NCBI RefSeq assembly: GCF_006345805.1
Contig: NC_043020.1
Location: forward strand, 14,074,001-14,138,000
Direction of reading: 5' to 3'
Origin: Octopus sinensis
Taxonomy: Eukaryota
DNA length: 64,000 bases
Translations under genes and position numbers: made by a program
Notes under the pieces: generated by a model
Databases searched by the model: none
What the model was told of the DNA's origin: nothing
What the model saw: only the letters and a program-made list of their open reading frames with translations
In this document: positions 50,500-63,933 of the stretch, piece by piece
Numbering within the stretch: the first letter of the stretch is position 1
How the letters are laid out: every line of letters starts with the position of its first letter

Positions 50500-51075
50500 T
50501 ATATATATATATATCATCATATATATATATATATATATATAAACACATACACACATATCCTCACCCTCCACCCGCCAACTGCTTGACAACTGGAGATGTT
50601 GGTTTGTTTACAACCTTTTAAATTAATGCATCAATAAACGAGACCAAGACAATAAGTACCAGGGTTAAGAAAAATTACATACTGATGATAATTTGACTAA
50701 ACCCATCTAGGTAGTGCTCCAGTATGGTCACAGTCCAATGACTGAAACCAGTAAAAGACCAAAGGTCTGTGTGTATGTGAGTGTGTGTGTATGTGTGCAT
50801 GCATGCGTTGCACCCTATTGAGGACATCATGTAATGACTGTAAACAAGTGGCGCCCTCCATTTCCAACCTTTTGGGAAAATCTGTCCAGCCAATGAATAA
50901 TACGACCTTATTTGGAAACACATGAAGAACAGCAACAGGAATGGCATCCAGCTGTAGGACATCTGCCATCCCAAATTCCAACCAGCCCATGGAAGCACAG
51001 AAATATGGACATTAAAACAACCATGAGGACATATTTTTCTCCCTGTTTATATACATTCTGTAAAATAATTATTAT

Positions 51076-51487
51076 AAGGCACAGGAGTGGCTGTGTGGTA
51101 AGTAGCTTGTTTACCAACCACATGGTTCCAGGTTCAGTCCCACTGTGTGGCACCTTGGGCGAGTGTCTTCTACTATAGCCTCGGGCCAACCAAAGCCTTG
51201 TGAGTGGATTTGGTAGACGGAAACTGAAAGAATCCCGTCGTATATATATGTATATATATGTATGAGTGTGTGTGTTTGTGTGTCTGTGTTTGTCCCCCTA
51301 GCATTGCTTGACAACCGATGCTGGTGTGTTTACGTCTCCGTTACTTAGCGGTTCGGCAAAAGAGACCGATAGAATAAGTACTGGGCTTACAAAAGAATAA
51401 GTCCCGGGGTCGAGTTGCTCGATTAAAGGCGGTGCTCCAGCATGTCCGCAGTCAAATGACTGAAACAAGTAAAAGAGTAAAGAGTAA
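51076..51487 (+). mobile_element. SINE family A
   Basis: Consensus match. Confidence 0.9.
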
Positions 51488-52011
51488 ACTTTAAGCTTAT
51501 AAAGTGTTCACTGTATACTGGTTACAGAAAATAGTTTAATATTGGGGTATATAAGCCCTCAATGGAAAAAAAAATGGGTATTAGTATGAGTGGAAATTGA
51601 ACCCACATCTTTTATCATGAAAATAAGAAGTGTGGGTTCGATTCCCATGCATACTATAATATCCAATTTTTGGTAAAATTCTGTTTTACTCATGGTATAT
51701 ACTCCATAACTTTTCTATTTTTGGAATTTTCAGGAAATTTTAGGGAATTTGTGTTTTACATTTAAGGGGTATTTAGCTGTTGATTTTAGCATATCTCATG
51801 ACTACCTCATACCGTCATTGTTTATTCGACACTCTGACGTATTAATGTTTTCCAATATTTTTCTCCCCGTAAACACATTTAATGGTCCAATGTTGAGATT
51901 TAAGCCAAAAATTTGGACTGTCTACATTTCAAACTGGGAATTAAAAAAAAGAATTTCAAAAAATTAAAAACAAAATGTTTTTAAATTTTGAAAAATAGTC
52001 ATATGATATCT

Positions 52012-52403
52012 TACTCTTTTACTTGTTTCAGTCATTTGACTGCGGCCATGCTGGAGCACCGCCTTTAGTCGAGCAACTCGACCCCGGGACTTATTCTTTT
52101 TTGTAAGCCCAGTACTTATTCTATCGGTCTCTTTTGCCGAACCGCTAAGTGACGGGGACGTAAACACACTAGCATCGGTTGTCAAGCAATGCTAGGGGAA
52201 CAAACACACAAACACACACATATATATAAACATATGTACGACAGGCTTCTTTCAGTTTCCATCTGCAAAATCCACTCACAAGGCATTGGTCGGCCCGGGG
52301 CTATAGCAGAAGACACTTGCCCAAGATGCCACGCAGTGGGACTGAACCCGGAACCATGTGGTTGGTTAGCAAGCTACTTACCACACAGCCACTCCTGCGC
52401 CTA
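52012..52403 (-). mobile_element. SINE family A inside a long-TIR MITE (~51490-52590)
   Basis: Consensus match; flanks are inverted (ctttaagcttataaag...). Confidence 0.85.
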
Positions 52404-52640
52404 TCTTGTGTAGAATACAAATATATAAAAATTTTCTGAAAATTCCAAAGGATGAAAAAGTTATGAGGGTTTATATGTCACGCATAAAGCAGAATTCTGC
52501 CCAATTTTTTCCTTCAAGGAAAACTATATTAAACTATTTTATATAGTCAGTTTACAGTGCATCTTTATAAGCTTAAAGCTTATAATTATTATTTACAGAA
52601 TTTTCACTTCTGACCGTTTCTTAATTTAACACAGAATATA

Positions 52641-53153
52641 TAGCTTGTTTACCAACCACATGGTTCTGGGTTCAGTCCCACTGCGTGGCACCTTGGGCAA
52701 GTGTCTTCTACTATAGCATCGGGCCGACCAAAACCTTGTGAGTGGATTTGGTAGACGGAAACTGAAAGAAGCCGGTCGTATATATGTATATGTATATGTT
52801 TGTGTGTCTGTGTTTGTCCCCCCAACATCACTTGACAACCGATGCTGGTCGATTTGCTCGGGCCGACCAAAGCCTTGTGAGTGGATTTGGTAGACGGAAA
52901 CTGAAAGAAGCCCGTCGTATATATGTATATATATGTATGCGTGTGTGTGTTTGTGTGTCTGTGTTTGTCCCCCCAACATCACTTGACAACCGATGCTGGT
53001 GTGTTTACATCCCCGTCACTTAGTGGTTCAGCAAAAGAGACCGATAGAATAAGTACTAGGCTTACAAAGAATAAGTCCTGGGGTCGATTTGCTCGACTAA
53101 AGGCAGTGCACCAGCATGCCCACAGACAAATGACTGAAACAAGTAAAAGAGTA
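52641..53153 (+). mobile_element. SINE family A with internal tandem duplication
   Basis: Segment gggccgaccaaa...caaccgatgctgg is present twice. Confidence 0.85.
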
Positions 53154-53244
53154 TATATATATATATGTAACATATACTTCATAATGTAGATTATATATTT
53201 TAATACATTACACAATATTATATATATATATATATTGCACATGC

Positions 53245-54405
53245 TATTTGAACGGCAAATTTTGAAATTAATTTTTTGTAATTAAACACTTTCAAACTTC
53301 GGACACTGGTAGAATGTGTCATACAAAACATCTTTTACTCTCAGTGTTGTTGAGAAAAGTTTATATTTTCAAAGTCATTTCATGTTAAAGTAGTCCTATT
53401 TCGGTAATTTCAACCAATCAATGACGTGTATTCAGCTGAATAAAATTACTGCCGTTGTTTGTCAACAACAACTATCGGCAGTGTATATTTCGTTTGTCAC
53501 TGTTATTTATAACATCGTTTGTGTGATTGTACTGGTTATAGCATAAGGGTTTTAAGGTTAGGGCTAGGATTTTAGGGTTAGGGTTAGGGTTTTAGAGTTA
53601 GAGTTTTAGGGTTAGAGTTACGGAAAAAAGTTTTAAAAAAATGAAGAAATTGGAGAGGGTGGGATAGGGGGAGTAAAAAAGTCTTTCCAAAAATAGTAGC
53701 TGACAAAACAGGAAAAAAAAACCTAAAAGCTGTAGAAATGCACGAACGATTGTGGTGCCCTGAAGTTAAAATACTTCAGATACACTCGTTTATTCAGCTG
53801 AATACATGTCACTGGCTGGTTGAAATATGGCAACTTTAACACAAAATAACTTTGAAAATACAAACTTTTCTCAACAACACTAAGAGTAAAAGATGTCTTA
53901 TATGACACATTCTACCAGTGTCCAAAGCTTGAAAGTGTTTACTCTTTACTCTTTTACTTGTTTCAGTCATTTGACTGTGGCCATGCTGGAGCACTGCCTT
54001 TAATCGAGCAACTCAACCCCGGGACTTATTCTTTTGTAAGCCCAGTACTTATTCTATCGGTCTCTTTTGCCGAACTGCTAAGTTACGGTGATGTAAACAC
54101 ACCAGCATCGGTTGTCAAGTGATGTTGGGGGGTACAAACCCAGACATACAAACATATACACACACACATATATATATATACATATATACGACGGGCTTCT
54201 TTCAGTTTCCATCTCCCAAATCCACTCACAAGGCTTTGGTCGGCGCGAGGCTATAGCAGAAGACACTTGCCCAAGGTGCCACGCAGTGGGACTGAACCTG
54301 GAACCATGTGGTTGGTAAAAAAGCTACTTACCACACAGCCACTCCTACGCCTATTTTAGTTACAAAAAATTAATTTCTAAGTCTGCCATTCAAAGGGTAA
54401 AGATC
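53245..54405. mobile_element. Long-TIR relative of M1 with (TTAGGG)-like core, interrupted by SINE A (53941-54353)
   Basis: About 200-bp inverted arms sharing the M1 subterminal sequence; right end ...aaagatcc. Confidence 0.7.
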
Positions 54406-54774
54406 CAATAAGCATATCCAATAAAGATTGCATAATATCAAATATTACACAATATAGCATGCAATAAAATAATTATTGCACGATATATTATATTACATCT
54501 ACCTACATGTAATACTGTATTATACATCAGGTATATAATATTATGTAATATTAGACAGGGTGTTCTTATCTTACTAGGGAGCAGGTAAGTACTGACATTG
54601 AGAAAGGAACTGGCTATAGAAAACTCTGCCCCAATGTAGTTTTGGTTGATCCATGCAAACATGGAAAAATAGACATTAAAATAATAATACATACACACTT
54701 ATGTATATAAATATCAATCTATCCACACACACACACACACACATATATATATCGATTTATCCACATTATATATA

Positions 54775-55159
54775 TACTCTTTTTTACTTGTTTCAGTCAT
54801 TTGACTGTGGCCATGTGGAGCACCACCTTTAATCGAGCAACACGACCCTGGAACTTATTCTTTTGTAAGCCCAGTACTTATTCTATCAGTCTCTTTTGCC
54901 GAACCACTAAGTAACGGGGACATAAACACACCAGCATCGGTTGTCAAGCAATGCTAGGGGGACAAACACAGACACACAAACACACACACATATATATACA
55001 TATATACGACGGGCTTCTTTCAGTTTCCATCTACCAAATCCACTCACAAGGCTTTGGTCAGCCCGAGGCTATAGCAGAAGACACTTGCCAAAGGTGCCAC
55101 ACAGTGGGACTGAACCCGGAACCATGTGGTTGGTAGACAAGCTACTTACCACACAGCCA
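54775..55159 (-). mobile_element. SINE family A
   Basis: Consensus match. Confidence 0.9.
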
Positions 55160-55254
55160 TATATATATATATCTCAACTTATCTAGATTATATATATAGA
55201 TAGAAAATTACTATTTGTAAATCTCTGAATGGGAGACATACAATAACAGTACTC

Positions 55255-55783
55255 TAGAGTAAAGATTATTTGTGAACATAATGTGGAAGTCTTGGTTAGG
55301 ACGATTCAGCCTCAAGAAACCATATTCTGAATGCCTTACTTCCCTGGGCATGGACACATTGAAACTCTGACGTCTGGCAGCTGACTTGGCAGACACCCAT
55401 AAAATTACCAACCATCTTACAAACAATAACTCTGAGCACCTTTTCAAACTCCACCCGTGGACATATTTACAAAGTCAGAAAACAGCACAGCTCCCATGAC
55501 TTTAGGAAACATTTTTTCACGCTGAGAGTTGCTGAAGCATGGAACAAGCTGCCGGCATCAGTTATTAGTTGTCGGAGCACTGCATCCTTCAAAACTTCCA
55601 TGCTTCCTGGGATTCACCAACACTACACCTGATTTTCTCCCCTCCATACACACGCAAGCATGTATCTGACTCATACACTGTTCACTTTCCAGACATTTGT
55701 ACATTACTGCATATGCTTTATATGTACTTTTGACAAGTTGTATTGCACCTGAGCACTGTATACAATAATTTCATTATTATTAT
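55255..55783 (+). mobile_element. CR1-like LINE 3' end (second copy)
   Basis: High identity to 47750-48210. Confidence 0.9.
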
Positions 55784-56992
55784 CATCTCCAGCTGGCTAT
55801 ATGGCACAGTATCTGCATCCTGATGCAGATACTGTGTCGTATAGCCAGCTGGAGACAATGTTTCCTGGGGATTGATTAACAGTAACAATCATCCTAACCA
55901 AGACTGCCACATTATGTTAGCAAATAATCTTTAGTATCTATATCTATCTATCTATCTATAAATATATATATAATCAAAATAAGCAACAAGAATGACTCCG
56001 GTAATACTTACAACATTTAATAAAATGATGTAGTACGAAACGATCGTACCAAATTACCGGAGTCATTCTTGTTGCTTATTTTGATTATAATCACCCCACA
56101 GATTTTTATGGATAACACCATACAGAATTCTGGTGCATCTAAATTAAGTACCATATTCATTTGAATCTAAATTTTTGCTGAACTTATCTATATATATATA
56201 TATATATCTATAATATATATATATATATACATACACATACATCTTCCTTTTCTCCTTGTGTACGTAATTATAATTACAATTATTATTATTATTATTATGG
56301 TGAGCTGGCAGAATTGTCAGCACACCGAGCAAAATGTTAAGTGGCATTTTGTTCATCTTTATGTTCTGAGTTCAAATCCCGCCAAGGTTAACTTTGTCTT
56401 TCATCTTTTTGGGATCAATAAAATAAATACCAGTCAAGTACTGGGGTTGATTTAATTAATTAATTGTCTATAGTGGAAAGGATTATTATTATTATTATTA
56501 TTACGAAGGTGGCAAGCTGGCAGAATTGTTAGCACGTGGGGTAAATTGCTTAGTGGACATTTTGTCAGTCTTTAAGTTCTGAGTTCAAATCTCACCGATG
56601 TCAACTTTGCCTTTCATCCTTTTTTTTTGGGGGGGGGGGGGGTGTCATTAAAATAAGTACCAGTCAAGCACTGGGGTTGGTGTAATCGATTAGCCCCCTC
56701 CCTCAAATTTCAGGCCTCGTACCTATAATAGAAAGGATTATTATTACTAGTACTACAACTACTACTATTATTTTGCTGCTCTTCACCATCCTACCATCTT
56801 TTCAATATTATCACTCATCAATCTTCCTTTATCTCCAGACATCTCATGTATCATTAGTCACCCCTCAATCCAAACCAGTTTCTATAGTTTTCACCTACAC
56901 TTCCCTCTTCCTTACCCCACTTATCATCCCTCATCTATCCCTTATCTCTAACCATCTTTCACTTTCTCATACATTCTTCCAGCTTATTTCTT

Positions 56993-57212
56993 CATTGCCC
57001 ACAAGGGGCTACACAGAGAGGGGACAAACAAGGACAGACAAACGGATTGATTATATCAATCCCAGTGTGTAACTGGTACTTATTTAATCGACCCTGAAAG
57101 GATGAAAGGCAAAGTCGACCTCGGCGGAATTTGAACTCAGAACATAGCGGCAGACGAAATACCGCTAAGCATTTTGCCCGGCACACTAACGCTTCTGCCA
57201 GCTCGCTGCCTT
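56993..57212 (-). mobile_element. SINE family B monomer
   Basis: Consensus match. Confidence 0.85.
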
Positions 57213-57375
57213 CCAGCATCTACCAACCTAAACATCCTGTTTTCCTGACCCCTCTTATTTCCATCCCTTTTCAGTCCAATCCCAACTATTGCCACCCTCT
57301 CTTCAACAATGTAACTCACAATCAAGCCCCCTTACTGCAAGAGACCAGTTCTCTTCTAGCCCTTTCTCACTTTAA

Positions 57376-57595
57376 CCCTTTCGTTACCAGCCCGGCTGAA
57401 AACGGCTCTGTCACTGTGTACAAAAGTCTTGTTTTCATAAGTTCTGAATTAAAATCTTCCACCAAACCATAGCCACAATTTATGTTCCTAACACAAGCTT
57501 GATGATAACTAAGTTATTTTACTAAATTCTTTGTTATATTTAAAGTTATTGAAAGGAACACAAAACATCTGAAAATAAATACAGTAACGAAAGGG
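57376..57595. mobile_element. piggyBac MITE P2
   Basis: TTAA|ccctttcgttac...gtaacgaaaggg|TTAA. Confidence 0.9.
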
Positions 57596-58316
57596 TTAAC
57601 CCCTTACTTCACAGCACAAAGCTGCCTCCCGCTTCACCATAGCCCCACTCAGTTGAAAGGGATCTTAGTTTTGCCCTAACCTTTGGGCCATTGCGCCTCA
57701 TATATATATATATATATCTTCATCATCATCATTTAGCATCTGCTTTCCATGCTGGCTTTGGTTAGCCAGTTTGACCAGAGCTGCACCAGGCTCCAGTCTG
57801 TTTTGGCACTCCATAGAGTGCACCGGATGTCCTTTCACATGTCACCGGCACTGGCCAAGACTACAATTTCTCTTAGCTTGGAAATGTACATATACATAAA
57901 CATCTAAATATACATTAAACAAAAAAAAACGACTCAATGGTCCTACCTAAACCACAGGATGTATATATCCGGCTGATCCAACTCAGAGTTACTTATATTT
58001 GCCAGCTAAGTGGACTGGTGCAATGTGAAATAATGTGTTTTGCTCAAGAAAACCACACATCGCCTGGTCCAGGACTTGAAATCACAGCCTTACAATAATG
58101 AGTTTCAACACTATAACCACTAAGCCATGCACTTCCACATAATCATATACATACACGTTTGTGTGTGTATATGCATGATTGATAGATATAGATTCTATAT
58201 ACACTTATTTATGAACACATATAGCATGGAAAACAGATGTTAAATGAGGCTATATACACACCAATACGAAGCCATGCATTTCCACATAAACATATACATA
58301 CACATTTGTATGTATA

Positions 58317-58355
<39 letters not shown>

Positions 58356-58687
58356 TTCTACATTATTATGCTTAACCTTATAGTTTCTTATGTGGTGGTT
58401 TAATAAAGTATGTGATTGAGTATTATCTGGTAATTGATATTTGGTTTCGATGTATTTCTCCATTTTCTTATTTTGTATATATATATATATATACCAATTA
58501 AGGACTGAACACGAAAAGTGGACAGTCAACATGCTAGATATAGACGTCAAATCGCCATTCTCCACAAAAGATTATGTTCTCAGATCAAACTCAGTTCGGA
58601 TTTTTTTAATATGCTAGACCACTGGTTCTAATTGATAAATATCAATTTCTACCCTAAATTAATGTTATATATATATATATACATATA

Positions 58688-58858
58688 TAGGGTTGGTGCA
58701 TAATTATTGCGGATTTTTTCAACAAAAACATCTTTAAATGATCATTCTGGAGCATATTCCCCATCTACTTCAATTACTGCTTCCCGTTTGCTTGGCAGAT
58801 GGTCATTTAAAGATGTTTTTGTTGAAAAAAAAGCTGCAATAATTATGCACCAAGCCAA
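58688..58858. mobile_element. mariner-derived MITE (Hsmar1/MADE1-like TIRs)
   Basis: About 55-bp TIRs GGTTGGTGCATAATTATTGC..., TA flanks, and an internal remnant of the transposase C-terminus. Confidence 0.8.
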
Positions 58859-58989
58859 TAGATAGAGATACATAAATGTCTATATACACTTACTAATGTA
58901 CACATACATACATATAGCATGGAAAACATTATATGATGGTATGTACATACACACCCATACTATATGTATGCAACCCTATGCAGTACCTA

Positions 58990-59420
58990 TCCAAACATGT
59001 CAAACTTAGCTAGGTGCGATATACATGAGGAATATTTGAAGGTGCGACACCAGTGCAGAATCACCTTCCTCCGACAAGTCATCCTAATGAGACGTCTGCG
59101 TTGGCTGGGTCATGCCCTCCGTCGTCAGCCAGGAGAATTTATCTACAAAGCAATTGCCCCAGCTCCCCTTCAGGGTTGGCGAAAGCGATGTGGTGGACAA
59201 CGAAAAACCTGGCTGATGACAGTCAAGGCTGATCTGGAACCCAACCTAGGCCCCCATGTCTACAGCGTTCGCCACTGGAATAAGGAGTGGTTGGAGATCA
59301 CGAGGTCGTTAGACTCAAATCGCCAGGCCTGCTTGGCGTTTGTGAGAGATGCAGCATTGAGGATGAATGAAGCCAGCTCAACCCACCCCGGGTGAATGCT
59401 GTAAGAAGAAGAAACTTAGC
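58990..59420 (+). mobile_element. RTE-type LINE 3' end
   Basis: RRLRWLGHALRR...GWRKRCGGQRKTW...DL..NRQA, stop at 59395, then an (AAG)n tail. Confidence 0.85.
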
Positions 59421-60608
59421 TACTTCTCTGTAGATTGAAAATATTATGAACACCCTTAATGTAAACATTTATACATACACACTTATATATAATATAAAAT
59501 ACTTAAATTGTGTTCAATGAATGAGGAACAGTCAACATGTTCTAGAGTACATGGCTTGTGGAAATTCATTGCTTGTTTTGCAAAGAGTTTCATGCCACGG
59601 CAATCTTCATGTGAGAACTGCTATAACTCAGTTTTATTGTTATATTTACATTTGTTGGTATGGATGTGGCATCAGGCTTGCCTTTGTTTTATTGGTTACT
59701 GCTTTGTATTTGCTGATTGGCTATTTTTCTGGTTTGTTGGTTATGTTTTTTAAGTGTAATGTTTATTTGTTAATCAGGTGACATTTTTAATTTGCTTCTT
59801 CAAACTATATTTATATCTTAATCTAAGTTAAAGCTGCTTTTGCGTTAACTTTTTATTATATTTTTTTTTCTGGACAAGTGTTTTGTTTTACAAAACAGGT
59901 TAGTCCTGAATTAATTTCACACTTAAACTTACAAAATCACCTAATCTTAACCAAAAACAAACTTGACAAAGAAACAGATTAAATAGATTTACAGATAAAT
60001 CTTAGAATAAATAAGCAAATTAAAAACGTGTCTCACCTCCCATCAATGAATACAAGAAAAATGATTGCATACCACAAAACAACCAATGAAGATACAATAA
60101 AGTAACAGCCAATCAGTAAGTGCAAAATACAAGCCAATGAACAAAAGCAAACCTGAGGCCATACCTACAACAAACTGAGTTCTAACAGTTTTTGCCTGAA
60201 GATTGTACTGCATGGTCACTGAGTTTCAATAAATTATATATCATCATTATTGCTTTCCTGCTTGCACGGGGCAAATGGAATTCTTAGTGGCAGATTTTCA
60301 ATGGTCAGACGTTCTTCTTATTACCAACACTAACCTGTTTTCAAGCAAAGTAATACTTCTACATGGCTGGAGATGTTTTCACAGAAGATTAGAAACAAAC
60401 AACACTGCTTGTATGATGGTGACACTTGCTTACGACTACTGTGCAATGTCAAGACAAAGAGACACACATATATATTTATATACATGTGCACACACAAACA
60501 TAATACAAATATCAGATTTGCATTCCTTAAATGATTAAGCCATGATTGTTCAAATAATAAGCTTTTATGTAGTGGGATGTATACACACATACATTATATA
60601 TATATAAT

Positions 60609-60985
60609 GTAGGAGTGGCTGTGTGGTAAGTAGCTTGTTTAACAACTACATGGTTCCGGGTTCAGTCCCACTGCATGGCACCTTGGGCAAGTGTCTTCTA
60701 CTATAGCCTCGGGCCGACCAAAGCCTTGTGAGTGAATTTGGTAGACGGAAACTGAAAAGAAGCCCGTCGTATATATGCGTGTGTGTGTTTGTCCCCCTAG
60801 CATTGCTTGACAACCGATGCTGGTGTGTTTATGTCCCCGTTACTTAGCGGTTCGGCAAAAGAGACCGATAGAATAAGTACTGGGCTTACAAAAGAATAAG
60901 TCCCGGGGTCGAGTTGCTCGATTAAAGGTGGTGCTCCAGCATGGCCGCAGTCAAATGACTGAAACAAGTAAAAGAGTAAAAGAGA
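60609..60985 (+). mobile_element. SINE family A
   Basis: Consensus match. Confidence 0.9.
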
Positions 60986-60996
60986 TATATATATAT

Positions 60997-61332
60997 AATT
61001 CTATAATTATGAGTATAATTATAATTAGGGTTCAGCAAAAATTTGCTTCACCACATACCGAAATAACAGTTAAAAATAAACTATTTCACTACCATAAGAA
61101 AAACTCCCAGACAGCAATACTCAACAACCTACAAATCCACCTGGCTTTGATTAAAGCCGGGTAGATTCATTATTTTTTTTCTCTTTACCTGTGTGAGTTG
61201 AGTATTGCTGTCTGGGAGTTTTTCTTATGGTAGTGAAATAGTTAGTTTTAACTGCTATTTCTAAATTTCGGTATGTGGTGAAGCAAATTTTTGCTGAACT
61301 CTAATTATAATTATACTCATAATTATAGAATT
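60997..61332. mobile_element. Foldback element with ~125-bp inverted arms
   Basis: aattctataattatgagtataatt...gcaatactcaac is mirrored at 61197-61332. Confidence 0.8.
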
Positions 61333-61446
61333 TTTTGTGTATGTTTACCAATAATGGTTCTTTTAACATACATACCGAACTACTTGGTAAAATTATTAAT
61401 TAATTAATTTTACCCTTTATTATTATTGATATATATATACATATAT

Positions 61447-61841
61447 TACTCTTTTCTCTTTTTACTTGTTTTAGTCATTTGACTGCGGCCATGCTGGAGC
61501 ACCGCCTTTAGTCGAGTAAATCGAACCCGGGACTTATTCTTTGTAAGGCCAGTACTTATTCTATCGGTCTCTTTTGCCGAACCGCTAAGTGACGGGGACA
61601 TAAACACACCAGCATCGGTTGTCAAGCAATACTTGGGGGACAAACACAGACACACAAACATATACACATATATATATGACAGGCTTCTTTCAGTTTCCGT
61701 CTACCAAATCCACTCACAAGGCATTGGTCGGCCCGGGGCTATAGCAGAAGACACTTGCCCAAGATGCCACGCAGTGGGACTGAACCCGGAACTATGTGGT
61801 TGGTAAGCAAGCTACTTACCACACAGCCACTCCTGCGCCTA
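61447..61841 (-). mobile_element. SINE family A
   Basis: Consensus match. Confidence 0.9.
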
Positions 61842-62379
61842 TATATGCATTAGAATTATTTTAACCTTTACTTTTCTATGGGTCAGATGAGACTATGTTG
61901 GGACGTTGGGGCAGAATCTTTTTACAGCCAGATGTCCTCCCTGACGGCATCCGCCACCCGATTCCAAGTCATCCCTCAACAAACAAACAGCCCAGCCCAG
62001 GCTTGATTGTGAGGAGAACTGGAAGCAAATAACAGCGTTTCAATAAGCTGATTGTTCATAAAGATCACACCCCAAGTCAAGAAGTCTAGACCGTGCCTTC
62101 ACAGTGGACTGTCAGCAACTGACAATGTCTGTATTAACAGTGAGACGTGTCTATAATCAAAAAACACACATTTGAAGACGAGCAGGAAACACAAACCGAT
62201 TCTCTCTCTCACACATACAATGTTTCTTTATTTTCTGTCTACTAAATTTTCTCACAGGGCATTGACCAAATCAAGGCTATAGGACAATGTGGTAGCCAAC
62301 AAAATCCTCAAAGTGGAACGGAACATTTGGTTATGTGGTTTCAAAATAAACTTCTTAACCACACAGCCATGCTTGCTTA

Positions 62380-62840
62380 TGTACACACACACAAATATAT
62401 ATATCAACACATATGCAGATATATATATATACATACATACACACACACACACACATACATATACAAACATAAATGCATGCATTTTTATATATATATATAT
62501 ATATACACACATACATACATATACACATATATAAATACACATACATATACAAACACATATGCATATAGATATATATATATACATACATACACATATGAAT
62601 ATATATACATAAACACATGTATGCATATAAATATATACATACATATTCATATATAAACACATATGCATATAAATATACATATAAACACATATGCATATAT
62701 ATATACAAACACATATGCATAAATATATATATATACACAAACACATATGCATAAATATACATATATATATATACATACATATTCACATCTAAACACATTT
62801 GCATATATATATATATATATATACACATCCATACATATGA
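62380..62840. repeat. (CA)/(TA) compound microsatellite
   Basis: Direct inspection. Confidence 0.95.
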
Positions 62841-63414
62841 GTGAGTGCTGAAAAGGTTCTGGCTTTAAGGACATTGCGAAAGGCCTGACTGGAGGCCCAA
62901 CCTTCCAAGTTTTTACAGGGTTTAGAAAAACAGAATGACCACTGAAATAAGTATGTAAATCTGAGAGGGGAATCTCCTGAATAAAATCATAATTAACTGA
63001 TTTTCCAGTATTTTCTTTTACCCAAAGTCAAGAACTCTTGTGTGTATTTATATCTATCTATCTATATATATATAAAATTATATTTTCGGGGTATCTAAGA
63101 GATACCACCACGCTGGAAATAGCAGCCAAAACTCGACTCTAAAACCACATTAAATGTTCAATCAGCACCTTGTGGTTTTAAGAGTCAAGTTTTGGTTGCT
63201 ATTTCCAGCATGGTGGTATCTCTTAGATACTCTAAAATATAATTTTAAATAATAATTATTACCTTTGAAGGTTTTAATTCCTATGCTGGCTACCTGATAA
63301 GATTGGTATTTAATATCGATCTCATCCTTATTTATATATATACACAAACACATATATACGTACACATGTATGTATAAAACCTTTTAGTGTATGTACATGT
63401 GTATATATATATAT

Positions 63415-63792
63415 TACTCTTTTACTTGTTTCAGTCATTTGACTGCAGCCATGCTGGAGCACCGCCTTTAATCGAGCAACTCGACCCCGGGACTTATTCT
63501 TTTGTAAGCCCAGTACTTATTCTATCAGTCTCTTTTGCCGAACCGCTAAGTAACGGGGACATAAACACACCAGCATCGGTTGTCAAGCAATGTTAGGGGG
63601 ACAAACACACACACGCATATATATATACGACAAGCTTCTTTCAGTTTCCGTCTACCAAATCCACTCACAAGGCTTTGGTCGGCCCGAGGCTATAGTAGAA
63701 GACACTTGCCCAAGGTGCCACGCAGTGGGACTGAACCCGGAACCATGTAGTTGGTAAACAAGCTACTTACCACACAGTCACTCCTGCGCCTA
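63415..63792 (-). mobile_element. SINE family A
   Basis: Consensus match. Confidence 0.9.
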
Positions 63793-63889
63793 TATATATA
63801 TATCATCATCATCGCTTAACGTCCGCTTTCCATGCTAGCATGGGTTGGACGGTTCAACTGGGGTCTGGGAAACCCAAAGGCTGCACCAG

Positions 63890-63933
<44 letters not shown>

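Noticed and set aside
53545-53620. True telomere or chromosome-fusion site
   Set aside because: Short, degenerate, and internal to a TIR element.
58964-59395. 143-aa ORF as a host gene (likewise 31250-31666, 46829-47176, 47561-47932)
   Set aside because: Peptides match LINE ORF2 C-terminal or linker motifs and are truncated retrotransposon relics.
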